Source: Pirellulales bacterium
Lineage (GTDB): Bacteria > Planctomycetota > Planctomycetia > Pirellulales > JAICIG01
Length of the DNA stretch: 29,024 nt
Reading direction: 5' to 3'
NCBI GenBank assembly: GCA_040901675.1
Contig: JBBDYJ010000013.1
Location: 144,636-173,659 of the forward strand
Below are positions 8,433-17,442 of this stretch, one piece after another (position 1 is the stretch's first letter; each line of letters begins with the position of its first letter). The position numbers were made by a program, and so were the translations under genes. The notes beneath the pieces were generated by a model, which ran no database searches, was not told the DNA's origin, and saw only the letters and a program-made list of their open reading frames with translations.

Positions 8433-9752
8433 ATGCCGCACGTCGCCTTGGTGCCTTTCGCTGGGCTGCGCGTCGCGGATCCGGAGCTGCTGGCGTTGGG
8501 CCTGACGCTGCCGGGGCTTGAGGACCGGGCCAGCGCACTGGCCGAGCTGCCGGCGCTGGGCCTGGTGACGCTGGCCGGCATGCTGCCGGCACATTGGACG
8601 TGCAGTTATCACCCGGTGTCCGAGGCGGGCGATGCCATTCTCGACGAGGTGTTGTCCGAGCGCCCCGCCCTGGTGGCCGTCTCGGCCCTCACCGCCAGCA
8701 TCGACGACGCCTATCGTTTCAGCGACCGGGTGCGGCGCGCCGGCCCCCGCGTCGTGATTGGTGGACTCCACGCCACCGCCTGCGCCGACGAAGCTCAGGC
8801 GCATTGCGATGCGGTCGTGGTCGGTCAGGGCGAGGCCGTATGGCGGCAGATTCTAGCCGATTGCGAGGCAGGTGTCCTGGACCGCTGCTACACGGCGGCG
8901 CGGGGGCGAAGCGAGCTGGACTGGCCGCTGCCCCGGTTCGATCTGCTCGGCAGCCACGTGCCGCGATATACGCTTCAAACCCAGCGAGGCTGCCCGCTGG
9001 CCTGCGACTTCTGCGGAGCCAGCCGCTTGCTGGGCTCTTACCGCGAAAAGCCCCTCAGCGCGATCCGCCAAGAACTCGAAGCGATCTGCCGGCTGAATCC
9101 GAGGCCGCTAATCGAGCTGGCCGACGACAACACGTTCGTCGAGCGGCGCGACGCCGACGCGCTGTGCGAGGCGTTGGCCGCCTCTGGCGCGCGCTACTTC
9201 ACCGAGAGCGATTGGCGGATCGGCGAGCGCTCGGACCTGCTCGATCGCCTGGGCGCATCCGGCTGCGCGCAGGTGCTCGTGGGAATCGAGTCGCTCGTGT
9301 TTCGCTATCCCGGCATGGGCGCCAAGCAGGCCGAGCTGAATCGGATCATCGACGCGGTGGAGGCCATCCAGGAGGCCGGCGTTGCCGTGAACGGTTGCTT
9401 CATCGTGGGGGCCGACGGCGAGACGCGGGCTTCCATCGACCGGCTGGTGGAGTTCATTTTGGAAAGCCCGTTGGCCGACGTGCAGCTCACGCTGCAAACG
9501 CCTTTCCCCGGCACCGGCCTGCGCCGCCGCCTCCAGCGGCAGGGGCGGCTGCTCGAGCGGGGCTGGTCGCATTACACGCTGCTCGACGTCACGTGCCAGC
9601 CCGACCTGCTGAGCGTGGAACAACTGGAGCAGGCGTTTCGCGAGGCCATCGCCGCCGTCTACTCGGCGCCGGCCGCTGGCCGACGCAAGGCAATTCGGCG
9701 GCAGGTGTGGCAGCGCAACGCCCGGCTGCGTCCGCATGGAGCCGCCCCATGA
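8433..9752 (+). CDS. B12-binding-domain radical SAM protein
   Basis: CxxxCxxC (RGCPLACDFC), N-terminal LGLVTLAG / VVIGGLHAT / GQGE cobalamin-binding-like segments, LADDN, VGIES, GCFIVG, TPFPGT. Confidence 0.9.
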   Translation: MPHVALVPFAGLRVADPELLALGLTLPGLEDRASALAELPALGLVTLAGMLPAHWTCSYHPVSEAGDAILDEVLSERPALVAVSALTASIDDAYRFSDRVRRAGPRVVIGGLHATACADEAQAHCDAVVVGQGEAVWRQILADCEAGVLDRCYTAARGRSELDWPLPRFDLLGSHVPRYTLQTQRGCPLACDFCGASRLLGSYREKPLSAIRQELEAICRLNPRPLIELADDNTFVERRDADALCEALAASGARYFTESDWRIGERSDLLDRLGASGCAQVLVGIESLVFRYPGMGAKQAELNRIIDAVEAIQEAGVAVNGCFIVGADGETRASIDRLVEFILESPLADVQLTLQTPFPGTGLRRRLQRQGRLLERGWSHYTLLDVTCQPDLLSVEQLEQAFREAIAAVYSAPAAGRRKAIRRQVWQRNARLRPHGAAP

Positions 9753-11056
9753 CCGCCGTGACGCTGCTGCGCTTCCTGGCCGGGCGGCGCGACGCCATCC
9801 TTCAGATCGCCCGCACGCCGGCGGCTGTCTGCCTGGGCGCCCTGTTCGTGCTCTCCGCCGGCTTCGCCCGGGAGTACGACGCCAAGGATCTGTCGCACGA
9901 GCCATGGCACCTTGCGATTCCATTGGCGGCCTCGCTGGCGACTTCATTCGGCCTGTTCGGTCTGGTCTGCGCCGCCGCCCGGCCACGCGGCCTGTCGGGG
10001 CGCTGGTTCTTTCAAACGTATCCCGCGTTTCTGGCCCTCTACTGGATGACCGCGCCCTTGGCATGGCTCTATGCACTGCCCGTCGAGCGCTTCTTGTCGC
10101 CGGCCGATGCAGCGCGGGCCAACATAGCTCTGCTGGGCATCGTCTCCGCCTGGCGGGTAGCGCTGATGGTCCGCGTGCTCGCCGTCCTCTTCAACACCAG
10201 TTGGCGCTCGACCGTATGGGTGGTGATGCTCTTTGCCACCACGCTGGTGCTGCTGCTGCTCTATCTGGCCGGCTTGCCCATCATCGACATCATGGGAGGA
10301 ATCGAGCGGACCGAGGCGGAAGAAGTGGTCAACAACGTGGCGACGTGGGCCTGCTTTCTGAGCCTCATTACCTGGCCGCTCTGGCTGGCAGGCGTCTGCC
10401 ACCTGGCGATCTTTGCCAGCCGTCAATGGCACTGGGCCGCCGAACCGGTGCGATCGGGCAGCGTTCAACCACATCTATGGGCGGTCGGCCTGGCCTCAGT
10501 GCTCATTTGGGCCGGCGTGTTGCCGTTCACGCAGCCCCAGCAGCGGATTGGCCGGCAAGTGGAAGAATTGATGGCCGGCCGGCGCATTGAAGAAGCGGTC
10601 GGCCTGATGTCGGCCCATTCACGCCACGACTTTCCCCCGCACTGGGAACCGCCGCTCCCCTCTCGCCGGCATCCCGATCAAGCACCGGAGCTCGACGTGT
10701 TGGAGGTGCTGGCCCGCGTGTCCGCGGCCGACTGGGTGCGAGCGGCGTTCATCGAGCAACTCGAGTTGGAATTGCGTGTATCTCACTCGCCTCCGGACGC
10801 CGCATTCCCCGCGGAGACCGGCGAACTCGATCGGCTGCTCGCCGTTCTGGAATCCCTGCCCGAGGGCCGCGAGATTGTCCGCCGCAACGCTCGCTACTTT
10901 CGAAATCTGCTCGACATGTCCCAGGAAACGTCCCAGGAAGAAGATCCAATGCTCCGCGCCCGCATTCAGGCTTTGCTCGACGCCGCTGCGCCGCCCGCCG
11001 CCGATTCACTGAAAATACCGCCGAGTCTCTCTGGTCTTCAGACGGAAGGAGAATGA
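9749..11056 (+). CDS. Multi-pass membrane hypothetical protein with soluble C-terminal domain
   Basis: ATGA overlap with the radical SAM stop; several hydrophobic helices (AREYD, YWMTAPLAWLYALPVERF, WRVALM segments). Confidence 0.8.
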   Translation: MTAVTLLRFLAGRRDAILQIARTPAAVCLGALFVLSAGFAREYDAKDLSHEPWHLAIPLAASLATSFGLFGLVCAAARPRGLSGRWFFQTYPAFLALYWMTAPLAWLYALPVERFLSPADAARANIALLGIVSAWRVALMVRVLAVLFNTSWRSTVWVVMLFATTLVLLLLYLAGLPIIDIMGGIERTEAEEVVNNVATWACFLSLITWPLWLAGVCHLAIFASRQWHWAAEPVRSGSVQPHLWAVGLASVLIWAGVLPFTQPQQRIGRQVEELMAGRRIEEAVGLMSAHSRHDFPPHWEPPLPSRRHPDQAPELDVLEVLARVSAADWVRAAFIEQLELELRVSHSPPDAAFPAETGELDRLLAVLESLPEGREIVRRNARYFRNLLDMSQETSQEEDPMLRARIQALLDAAAPPAADSLKIPPSLSGLQTEGE

Positions 11057-11095
11057 ACCCATTTGCCGACTCGCCGGCGAGACATCCTTATTGGG

Positions 11096-12022
11096 TCACT
11101 CCTCGCCCTCGACGCCGCCCACCAACTTGAAGGGGATGTCGGTTGGAAGCGAGGCGTAAGGCGAATCGGCGGGAAGCTCGAACTGAATCAAGGCCTGACC
11201 TGGACGTGCTTCACTGGGGACCCGAACCGGGCCATGGTAGAGCACGCCTCAGCAGCGCTGGCGCAGCTCACTTTGGAGCCGCTGAATCTGGCCGCCGGAG
11301 TCCGTGTAAATCAAGGTTGCCAATACCGGCACCTCCTCCGGCAGAAACGTCTGCGTGACAGCGCAAAACGTATTCTTGCCAATCCCCTGATGACCCATGA
11401 AGACGCGCACGTCGGTCGAGCCGCCGATACTCAACTCACTCGAAATCCAGCGTTGGAAGCTGAAGGGACCCTCGGCCGACGGCCACAAGACTGGAGCCGT
11501 CTCGACGCTTTCCGTGAACTGGGTGTAAGGACCCGACTGCTCGGCATAGCCGCCCCTGACAGGCTCCTTACCGTTCCATAACAGGTGCAGGAAGACGGAG
11601 CCGTCCTTCGGCGCGCGGCGGGTAATCTTCACGTCGGTATGTACCTGCCCAGCCGCGGCATCCTCGAAATCGCCGATGGTGAACTCGACCGCGCCACTGT
11701 GCACCTCGCCGGCGATCTCTTCACCCGGATCGGTCAGATCGCCGTTGGCATTGCGATCGAAGTGCAGTACGTCGTAGACATCGGACGACGCGGACGACTT
11801 GTCCAGCACCGCCCAGACCCGCGTGGCTGCTTCCGGGCCAAACACGTACAACCCGTACAGCGGCTTCTCGGCCTGGTACCTGGGCTCCTTCTGAATTCGC
11901 CTGGGAACATTGCTCAAGGGCGAGGACTCAGGCGAGCTCGCCTCGGGTTTTTCCCCGCCCGCCAGCAGGCAAGCGGCGCCTAGAACGACTGCGGCTGTAA
12001 GTTGACTCGTCCAACATCGCAT
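11096..12022 (-). CDS. Secreted hypothetical protein, candidate selenoprotein (Cys257-Sec258 via in-frame UGA at 11251-11249); 257 aa if UGA is a stop, 308 aa if read through
   Basis: GGAGG RBS, signal-peptide-like N-terminus, DRNANGDLTD Ca-binding-like loop. After ...LRQRC-TGA the frame continues GVLYHGPVRVPSEARPGQALIQFELPADSPYASLPTDIPFKLVGGVEGEE* and a SECIS-like hairpin follows the UGA. Confidence 0.7.
11203..11248 (-). promoter_or_regulatory. Bacterial SECIS-like hairpin
   Basis: GGCGUGCU/AGCACGUC 8-bp lower stem, GGCCCG/CGGGUC upper stem, GUU apical loop 21 nt after the UGA. Confidence 0.65.
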
Positions 12023-12096
12023 GGGCCTTTTCCTCCAAAGAAGCGGACAGGCCAGCCAATGGCATGGCGGCATACGAATGGAGCACACCAGCCGGC

Positions 12097-12125
12097 ATTG
12101 TAGCCGGGCTTCGAAATAGTTGCAC
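12097..12125 (-). promoter_or_regulatory. Sigma70-like promoter for 11096-12022
   Basis: GTGCAA-N17-TACAAT. Confidence 0.4.
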
Positions 12126-12197
12126 GCGTGGGACCCATCCCAAGCGGAAATCAACGCGCCGATCGGGTCCCACCTGGCGGGGGCGCGGGCGCCAATC

Positions 12198-13631
12198 CTA
12201 GGCGGCCCGCGGGCGGATGCCCAGGGACCGATCCGGCGCGGGATCGATCGTCACCAGCCTGTGGATGTTCCCGACGACCGGCTCCCAGTGGCGGGGAGCG
12301 GTCGCCGGCTCGACGAGCATCGGCATGCCTTGCGTCGGGCCGAGCATGGTGGAAGTGACTTTGCCGGTAATGCTCGATCCCGCCACCATGCTCAGCGAGT
12401 AACGCTGCAGCACGGCCGACAGCGCGATCTTGAGCGTCATCACCGCCAGCGAAGCGCCGATGCACATCCGCGGACCGGCGGCAAACGGCAGGTAGGCATA
12501 CGGCGAAGGGGTGATCGTTTCCCACCGCTGGGGCCGGAAACGCTCCGCGTCCGCAAACAGCTCGGGCATGTGGTGGGTGATGAACTGGCTGAACACGACC
12601 GGCGTGCCCGTGGCCAGGCGAAACGGGCCCAGCTCGACCGGCTCGGCGGCGGTCCGCTGCGAATAGCTCGAAGCCGGCAGCACCCGCATGCTCTCCTTGA
12701 TCACCCGGTCCAAAAGCGGCAGCCGATCGAGTTGCTCGAAGCTTGGGGCGGCGCCAGCCAGGGTGCCCGTGAGCTCGTCGTACAAGTCGGCGGCAATCTC
12801 CGGGTGCTGAGCCAGCAGGAACAAGGTCCACGTCAGCGTGTTGGCCGTCGTCAGGTGAGCGGCGCCAAACAGCACCGCCGCCTGTCCGATCAGCTCGGCG
12901 TCGGTCATGCCGGCCCCGCTGTCGTCGTGGGCCCCGATCAACAGCGACAGCACGTCGCCGGCCGGCGGTCCCGACCGGCGGTGCTCGATCATCTTGACGA
13001 TCTCGGCCTCCAAGGCGTCCCCCTGGGCCAGCAGCCGCCCGTAGCCGGCCGTGGCCTGCTGGTCCGAGACAAACGCGCCGATGCCCACCTCGTGGTTCAT
13101 CGCGATCCAGCGCTCCGTCATCCGCCCGATGTTGTGGGCCAGCTCGGGCACGTCGAAGCCGAACAGCACGCTGCTGGTCACCCGCAGCATGAACTGGGTC
13201 ATGTCCTGGAATACGTCGCGGACTTGGCCCACCCGCCAGTCGCGCACCAGTTCTTCGCTCAGGCCCACCAGGCTCTCGCGATAGACGTCGATCGACTTCT
13301 TCTGGAAGGGGCCCATCACCAGCCGGCGGTGCCGCTTGTGCTCCTCGCCGTTCATGCTCAGCAGGCCGCAAGTCAGCCGCCGCTGGGCGGAATTCCTGGG
13401 CCCGCGGATGGCCGAAAACCGGGAGTGGAACCGATTGGGGTCGCTGAGCAGCCGCTGGTTGTAGTCGGGGCCGAAGGCGAAGATCAGCCGCTGCCCTTCC
13501 TCTTCCAGGGCCGCGATCGTCCCGTGTTTCTGGTGCAGTTGCCGCATGCACTCGATGGCATCGCGGGGGAAATCCCGCAGCTTGCCCAAAGTGACGCAGG
13601 CGGAGGTGGAATCGACTTGTGGGCGGAGCAC
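12198..13631 (-). CDS. Cytochrome P450
   Basis: Heme ligand FAAGPRMCIG, K-helix KESMR, FRPQRW meander, I-helix AAHLTT; GTG start. Confidence 0.95.
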   Translation of the reverse strand: MLRPQVDSTSACVTLGKLRDFPRDAIECMRQLHQKHGTIAALEEEGQRLIFAFGPDYNQRLLSDPNRFHSRFSAIRGPRNSAQRRLTCGLLSMNGEEHKRHRRLVMGPFQKKSIDVYRESLVGLSEELVRDWRVGQVRDVFQDMTQFMLRVTSSVLFGFDVPELAHNIGRMTERWIAMNHEVGIGAFVSDQQATAGYGRLLAQGDALEAEIVKMIEHRRSGPPAGDVLSLLIGAHDDSGAGMTDAELIGQAAVLFGAAHLTTANTLTWTLFLLAQHPEIAADLYDELTGTLAGAAPSFEQLDRLPLLDRVIKESMRVLPASSYSQRTAAEPVELGPFRLATGTPVVFSQFITHHMPELFADAERFRPQRWETITPSPYAYLPFAAGPRMCIGASLAVMTLKIALSAVLQRYSLSMVAGSSITGKVTSTMLGPTQGMPMLVEPATAPRHWEPVVGNIHRLVTIDPAPDRSLGIRPRAA

Positions 13632-13789
13632 TCGGCGAATCCCTTCGTTGAGGCCGTCACGCTGCCGAATGGCGCTGAACGTTGCCGCTTATCGGCGAGC
13701 GGCGGCATTTGCCTTGAAGTCTTTATCCGGCCGGCCAATTGCTATATGCTGTCGGCCTTCCCAAACCAGCCCATGGAGGGGTGACACAC

Positions 13790-14725
13790 GTGTTCCAGTC
13801 GCGCCTGGGCCAATTGCTGGCCTATCTTGCGGTGCGTGTTTCGATCTGCTTCGTGCAGACGCTGCGACTCGAAACGTGCAGCCGCCTGGCGGCCATCCTG
13901 GCGAGACTGTGCTACGACGCGCTGGGCATTCGCCGCAAGGTGACCGACGAGAACCTGCGGCTAGCTCTGCCGCACTTTACCGAAGACGGCCGTCGAACGC
14001 TAGGCCGCCTGATGTGGGAGCACTTGTTTCTGCTGGTGGCCGAGGTCGCGCTGGTCCACCGCAAGATCCACGAGACGAACTGGCGCGACTACGTGGAGTT
14101 CAAGCGGGTCAGCGAGATTGCCCGCCTGGTGTTGAGCGACCGGCCGGTGCTGTTGGTCTCGGCCCATTTCGGCAACTTCGAGCTGGCGGGTTACGTCTTC
14201 GGGATGATGGGTTACCCGACGACGGCCGTGGCCCGCACATTGGACAATCCGTATCTGGCAGCCTGGCTGGACCGGTTCCGAGGCACCACCGGCCAGTCGA
14301 TGGTGCCCAAGAAGGGCGGCTACGAGCAAATCGTGCGGGTGCTTTCCGGCGGGGGCACCATGTCGTTTCTGGCCGACCAGTACGCCGGCAGCAAGGGCTG
14401 TTGGGTCGACTTTTTCGGCCGGCCCGCTTCGGCGCACAAGGCGATCGCGCTGTTGGCGCTGGAGCATGATGCGCCGCTGGTGGTCGGATACGCGCGGCGC
14501 AAGCGGCGGCCTTTGCACTACGAGCTGGGCATCCAGGCCGTGCTCGACCCGCGCGAGGCGAGCGAGGCCCAGTCGAGCATCGCGGGGCTCACCCAGTGGT
14601 ACACGCACCAGTTGGAAGCCGTGATCCGGACGGCCCCCGAGCAGTACTGGTGGCTGCACCGCCGCTGGAAGGACAGCCGTCCGCCCCGCCGCCGCCGGGT
14701 CCAGCCGCAAAAGCTCGTGGCCTGA
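13790..14725 (+). CDS. Lipid A lauroyl/myristoyl acyltransferase family (LpxL/HtrB-like)
   Basis: SAHFGNFE, LDNPYL, LADQ, VDFFGRPA, PEQYWWLHRRWK motifs; GGAGG RBS before the GTG. Confidence 0.9.
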   Translation: MFQSRLGQLLAYLAVRVSICFVQTLRLETCSRLAAILARLCYDALGIRRKVTDENLRLALPHFTEDGRRTLGRLMWEHLFLLVAEVALVHRKIHETNWRDYVEFKRVSEIARLVLSDRPVLLVSAHFGNFELAGYVFGMMGYPTTAVARTLDNPYLAAWLDRFRGTTGQSMVPKKGGYEQIVRVLSGGGTMSFLADQYAGSKGCWVDFFGRPASAHKAIALLALEHDAPLVVGYARRKRRPLHYELGIQAVLDPREASEAQSSIAGLTQWYTHQLEAVIRTAPEQYWWLHRRWKDSRPPRRRRVQPQKLVA

Positions 14726-15788
14726 ACGCGATCAAAATTCTGGCCAGCCGGCTACAGATCGGCCGCGGCGGGCGTGCGAGTTGTCGGGTTCGCCATTTCT
14801 GGCGGGGGCCGCGCCTTGGCGAGGCGTCTGTAAGCCTGTCCCTCGGGCGGATCCCGGCGGAGAATTCAGGAGTGTTTCAACGCGCGTCTGGAAACCACCG
14901 CCCGTTGCCTACCACCGACGGAACGCGTAGAACAGAGTGCCTTACCGGGAGTATCGGCAACGCGTTTGCGAACTGGGTGATCCAATGGTTCGCTTTAAAA
15001 GCCTGCTTCGTTTCAGCCTTCGCGCCTTTCTGGTCGCATTGACGGTCTTCGGTGTCTGGCTGGGCATGGAAGCCAATGAGGCTCATCGCAAGCGAAGGAT
15101 CGCCCTCGCAGTAACAACAGCGGGAGGGCAGGTCACGTATTTGCATCAGGAAGTTGGCACGGGCGATGAAATGTTATTAGATTTCAACGCGGAGCCGCCC
15201 GGGCCGCGCTGGCTTCGCGACCTCGTCGGCCCTGACTACTTCCAAGAACCGAGACGAATTGGTATCAGCTCTGGTAAGGTCACGGACAAATGGTTAATCC
15301 GCCACATAGACGATATTTCTCGTCTAAAGAAACTGAATACACTTTCTCTTGACAACTCGAAGCTCAGCAGCGAGACAGTCGGTTGCTTGGGTCGACTAAC
15401 TCGGCTCGACACTCTGATGCTGTGGGGACCGACCGGCGATGAAGTACTTCCCGAGTTCCATCGCTTGACCAATCTGAGGGTGTTTCTTGTTATTGGTCGG
15501 GCAATCACGGACAAGGGCCTTGCATATCTGTGCCGATTTCAGAGACTCGAAGATCTCACGCTTGTGGAAACCAGCATTACGGATGGTGGGCTACAAAACC
15601 TCAGCCGCCTGCCAAACCTGAAGCGCCTGTACATCGAGAAAGCACGAATAACTGACAGCGGGCTACGCCACTTAGAATCTCTCTCTGATCTGGAAGTCAT
15701 TACTCTGCGGGACACGCAGGCAACTGAAAGTGGTGTTGAGCGCTTGCGTAATTCGCTCCCTACATGCGAAATTCTCTTCTTTTATTGA
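14698..15788 (+). repeat. Tandem segmental duplication, unit 1 (acyltransferase 3' tip + intergenic + LRR gene)
   Basis: Aligns with 15951-17053 at an offset of about 1253 nt, beginning at GGTCCAGCC...AAGCTCGTGGCCTGAACGCGATCAAA. Confidence 0.9.
14985..15788 (+). CDS. Membrane-anchored leucine-rich repeat protein (copy 1)
   Basis: RFSLRAFLVALTVFGVWLG anchor, PPGPRWLR..GPDYF segment, ~24-aa LxxLxxLxLxxTxITDxGL repeats, LPxC C-cap. Confidence 0.9.
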   Translation: MVRFKSLLRFSLRAFLVALTVFGVWLGMEANEAHRKRRIALAVTTAGGQVTYLHQEVGTGDEMLLDFNAEPPGPRWLRDLVGPDYFQEPRRIGISSGKVTDKWLIRHIDDISRLKKLNTLSLDNSKLSSETVGCLGRLTRLDTLMLWGPTGDEVLPEFHRLTNLRVFLVIGRAITDKGLAYLCRFQRLEDLTLVETSITDGGLQNLSRLPNLKRLYIEKARITDSGLRHLESLSDLEVITLRDTQATESGVERLRNSLPTCEILFFY

Positions 15789-16158
15789 GTCCTGGTTCGA
15801 CTGTCCGTGATCTTGGCGGGATTGTAAGTCTTTGTGTACAAGCACGTTTCGTGGAAAAGGAATTCCTCGGAGGGCGACGCGCACCAAGGTCCCTTGGTCG
15901 TGCACGCGGCGACGACTCCGGTTGTTGCCAAGGCGCAGCGGCGCCGGATCGGTCCAGCCCAAGCTCGTGGCCTGAACGCGATCAAATTCTGGCCTGTGCG
16001 GCTACAAACCGCCGCGCCAGGCATGCGAGTTGTCTTGGGTTCGCCATTCCGTGGGCATTCCGCGCCTTGGCGAGCCATCGACGACCTCGGTCGCCTGGCG
16101 CGGATCCCGCCGCAGAATTCAGGGGTGTTTCAACGCGCGTCTGGAAACCGCCGCCCGT

Positions 16159-16187
16159 TTGCCTACCACCGACGGAACTCGTACAAT
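16159..16187 (+). promoter_or_regulatory. Sigma70-like promoter for LRR copy 2
   Basis: TTGCCT-N17-TACAAT; the paralogous site at 14905-14933 reads TTGCCT-N17-TAGAAC. Confidence 0.55.
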
Positions 16188-16237
16188 AAAGCCGCCTACG
16201 CGAATATTGGCAATCCGTTTGCGAGTTGGGTGATTTA

Positions 16238-17053
16238 ATGGTTCGCTTCAAAAGCGTACTTCGTTTCAGTCTTCGCGGCTTTCTGGTCGCTTTGACGGTC
16301 TTCGCCGTCTGGCTCGGCATGGAAGCTAATGACGCTCATCGCAAGCGAAGGATCGCTCGCGCGGTAATAGCCGCCGGCGGGCAGATCACCTATTTACACC
16401 ACGAGGTCGGCACTGGGGATGAAATGTGGTTGGATTTCGATCTAGACCCGCCTGGACCGCGCTGGCTCCATGAGCTGATTGGTCCCGACTACTTCCAAGA
16501 ACCCAGAACAATCGGAATCACTTCCGACAGCATCACGGACCAATGGCTAACCCAGCATATAGGCGATATTTCTCGTCTAAGGAAGCTCAACACGCTGGCT
16601 TTGCACAGCTCCGGCGTGAGCAGTGAGGGGCTAGCTTGCCTCGGACGACTCACGCGTCTTGAAACTCTGCTCTTGCATCGCGCGACGTTCGATGCGGCAC
16701 TTGCAAAGTTCGACGGCTTAACCAAACTGAGGGTTCTGCACGTCAGCGGGACAGGAGTGACGGACAGGGGCCTCGCTTACATCCTGAGGTTCCAAAGGCT
16801 TGAGGATCTCAAGCTTCTCGACACCGGTATTAGTGACCGGGGCCTGCAAAAGTTGAGCCGCCTGCCGAACCTAAAGCATCTATACATCCGCGGGCCACGG
16901 ATTACTGACGCAGGGCTCCGTCATTTGGAGTCGCTCAATAACGTGCAAACGCTTACTCTGCTCGACACGCGAGCTACTCCCGGTGGAATCGACCGCTTGC
17001 ATAACGCGCTGCCTCAGTGCGAGATCTACTTACATGTTGGATGGCCTAAGTAA
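16238..17053 (+). CDS. Membrane-anchored leucine-rich repeat protein (copy 2)
   Basis: Paralog of 14985-15788 with the same motifs. Confidence 0.9.
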   Translation: MVRFKSVLRFSLRGFLVALTVFAVWLGMEANDAHRKRRIARAVIAAGGQITYLHHEVGTGDEMWLDFDLDPPGPRWLHELIGPDYFQEPRTIGITSDSITDQWLTQHIGDISRLRKLNTLALHSSGVSSEGLACLGRLTRLETLLLHRATFDAALAKFDGLTKLRVLHVSGTGVTDRGLAYILRFQRLEDLKLLDTGISDRGLQKLSRLPNLKHLYIRGPRITDAGLRHLESLNNVQTLTLLDTRATPGGIDRLHNALPQCEIYLHVGWPK

Positions 17054-17432
17054 TGGAAACCCATAGCGAAGTGCTTAGCGTGTCCCCAGCTTGAGAAACC
17101 CGCGGAACCGGATAAGTTTCCCGCGCGACGACCCTACCAGCGCCATCGGTGATTTGAGACCCGATTACCAGCATCTCAGCTACGACGGGAATCTCATCAA
17201 AGCGGTACTCTGCCAGCCTAGGCGTGCGCCAGATGGTCTCCTTACCCCTTGCCCAAAGCGTGCCTGCGCTCGTTGCAAAGCTGGCCCACATTCCGCCGAT
17301 TGGGTTGGTACCCGCCAAGACATGCTGCAGTAGGGTCTTGGTCGAAGAGACCTGCGCTGCCTGCAGATGCACGGGAAGCTGGGCGAGAGCAAGTGTGCCG
17401 GCGGCGGTCACAAAAAATCCTCGACGATCCAT
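17046..17432 (-). CDS. Small Tat-signal hypothetical protein (128 aa)
   Basis: MDRRGFFVTAAGTLALAQLPVHLQAA twin-arginine signal; GAGGAG RBS located at the stop of the upstream gene. Confidence 0.75.
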   Translation of the reverse strand: MDRRGFFVTAAGTLALAQLPVHLQAAQVSSTKTLLQHVLAGTNPIGGMWASFATSAGTLWARGKETIWRTPRLAEYRFDEIPVVAEMLVIGSQITDGAGRVVARETYPVPRVSQAGDTLSTSLWVSIT

Positions 17433-17442
17433 TTCATGCTCC

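Larger units (their letters stand above)
15951..17053 (+). repeat. Tandem segmental duplication, unit 2
   Basis: Diverged copy of 14698-15788, including a relic of the acyltransferase stop region. Confidence 0.9.

Noticed and set aside
8594..9748. 820-aa ORF N-terminal extension overlapping the radical SAM gene
   Set aside because: Arg/Pro/Gly-rich off-frame translation typical of high GC; the real start is the coupled ATG at 9749.
11057..11581. Read-through of the 9749-11056 TGA into the in-frame ORF 11063-11581
   Set aside because: That ORF is the antisense shadow of the better-supported minus-strand gene; no Cys/redox context at the stop.
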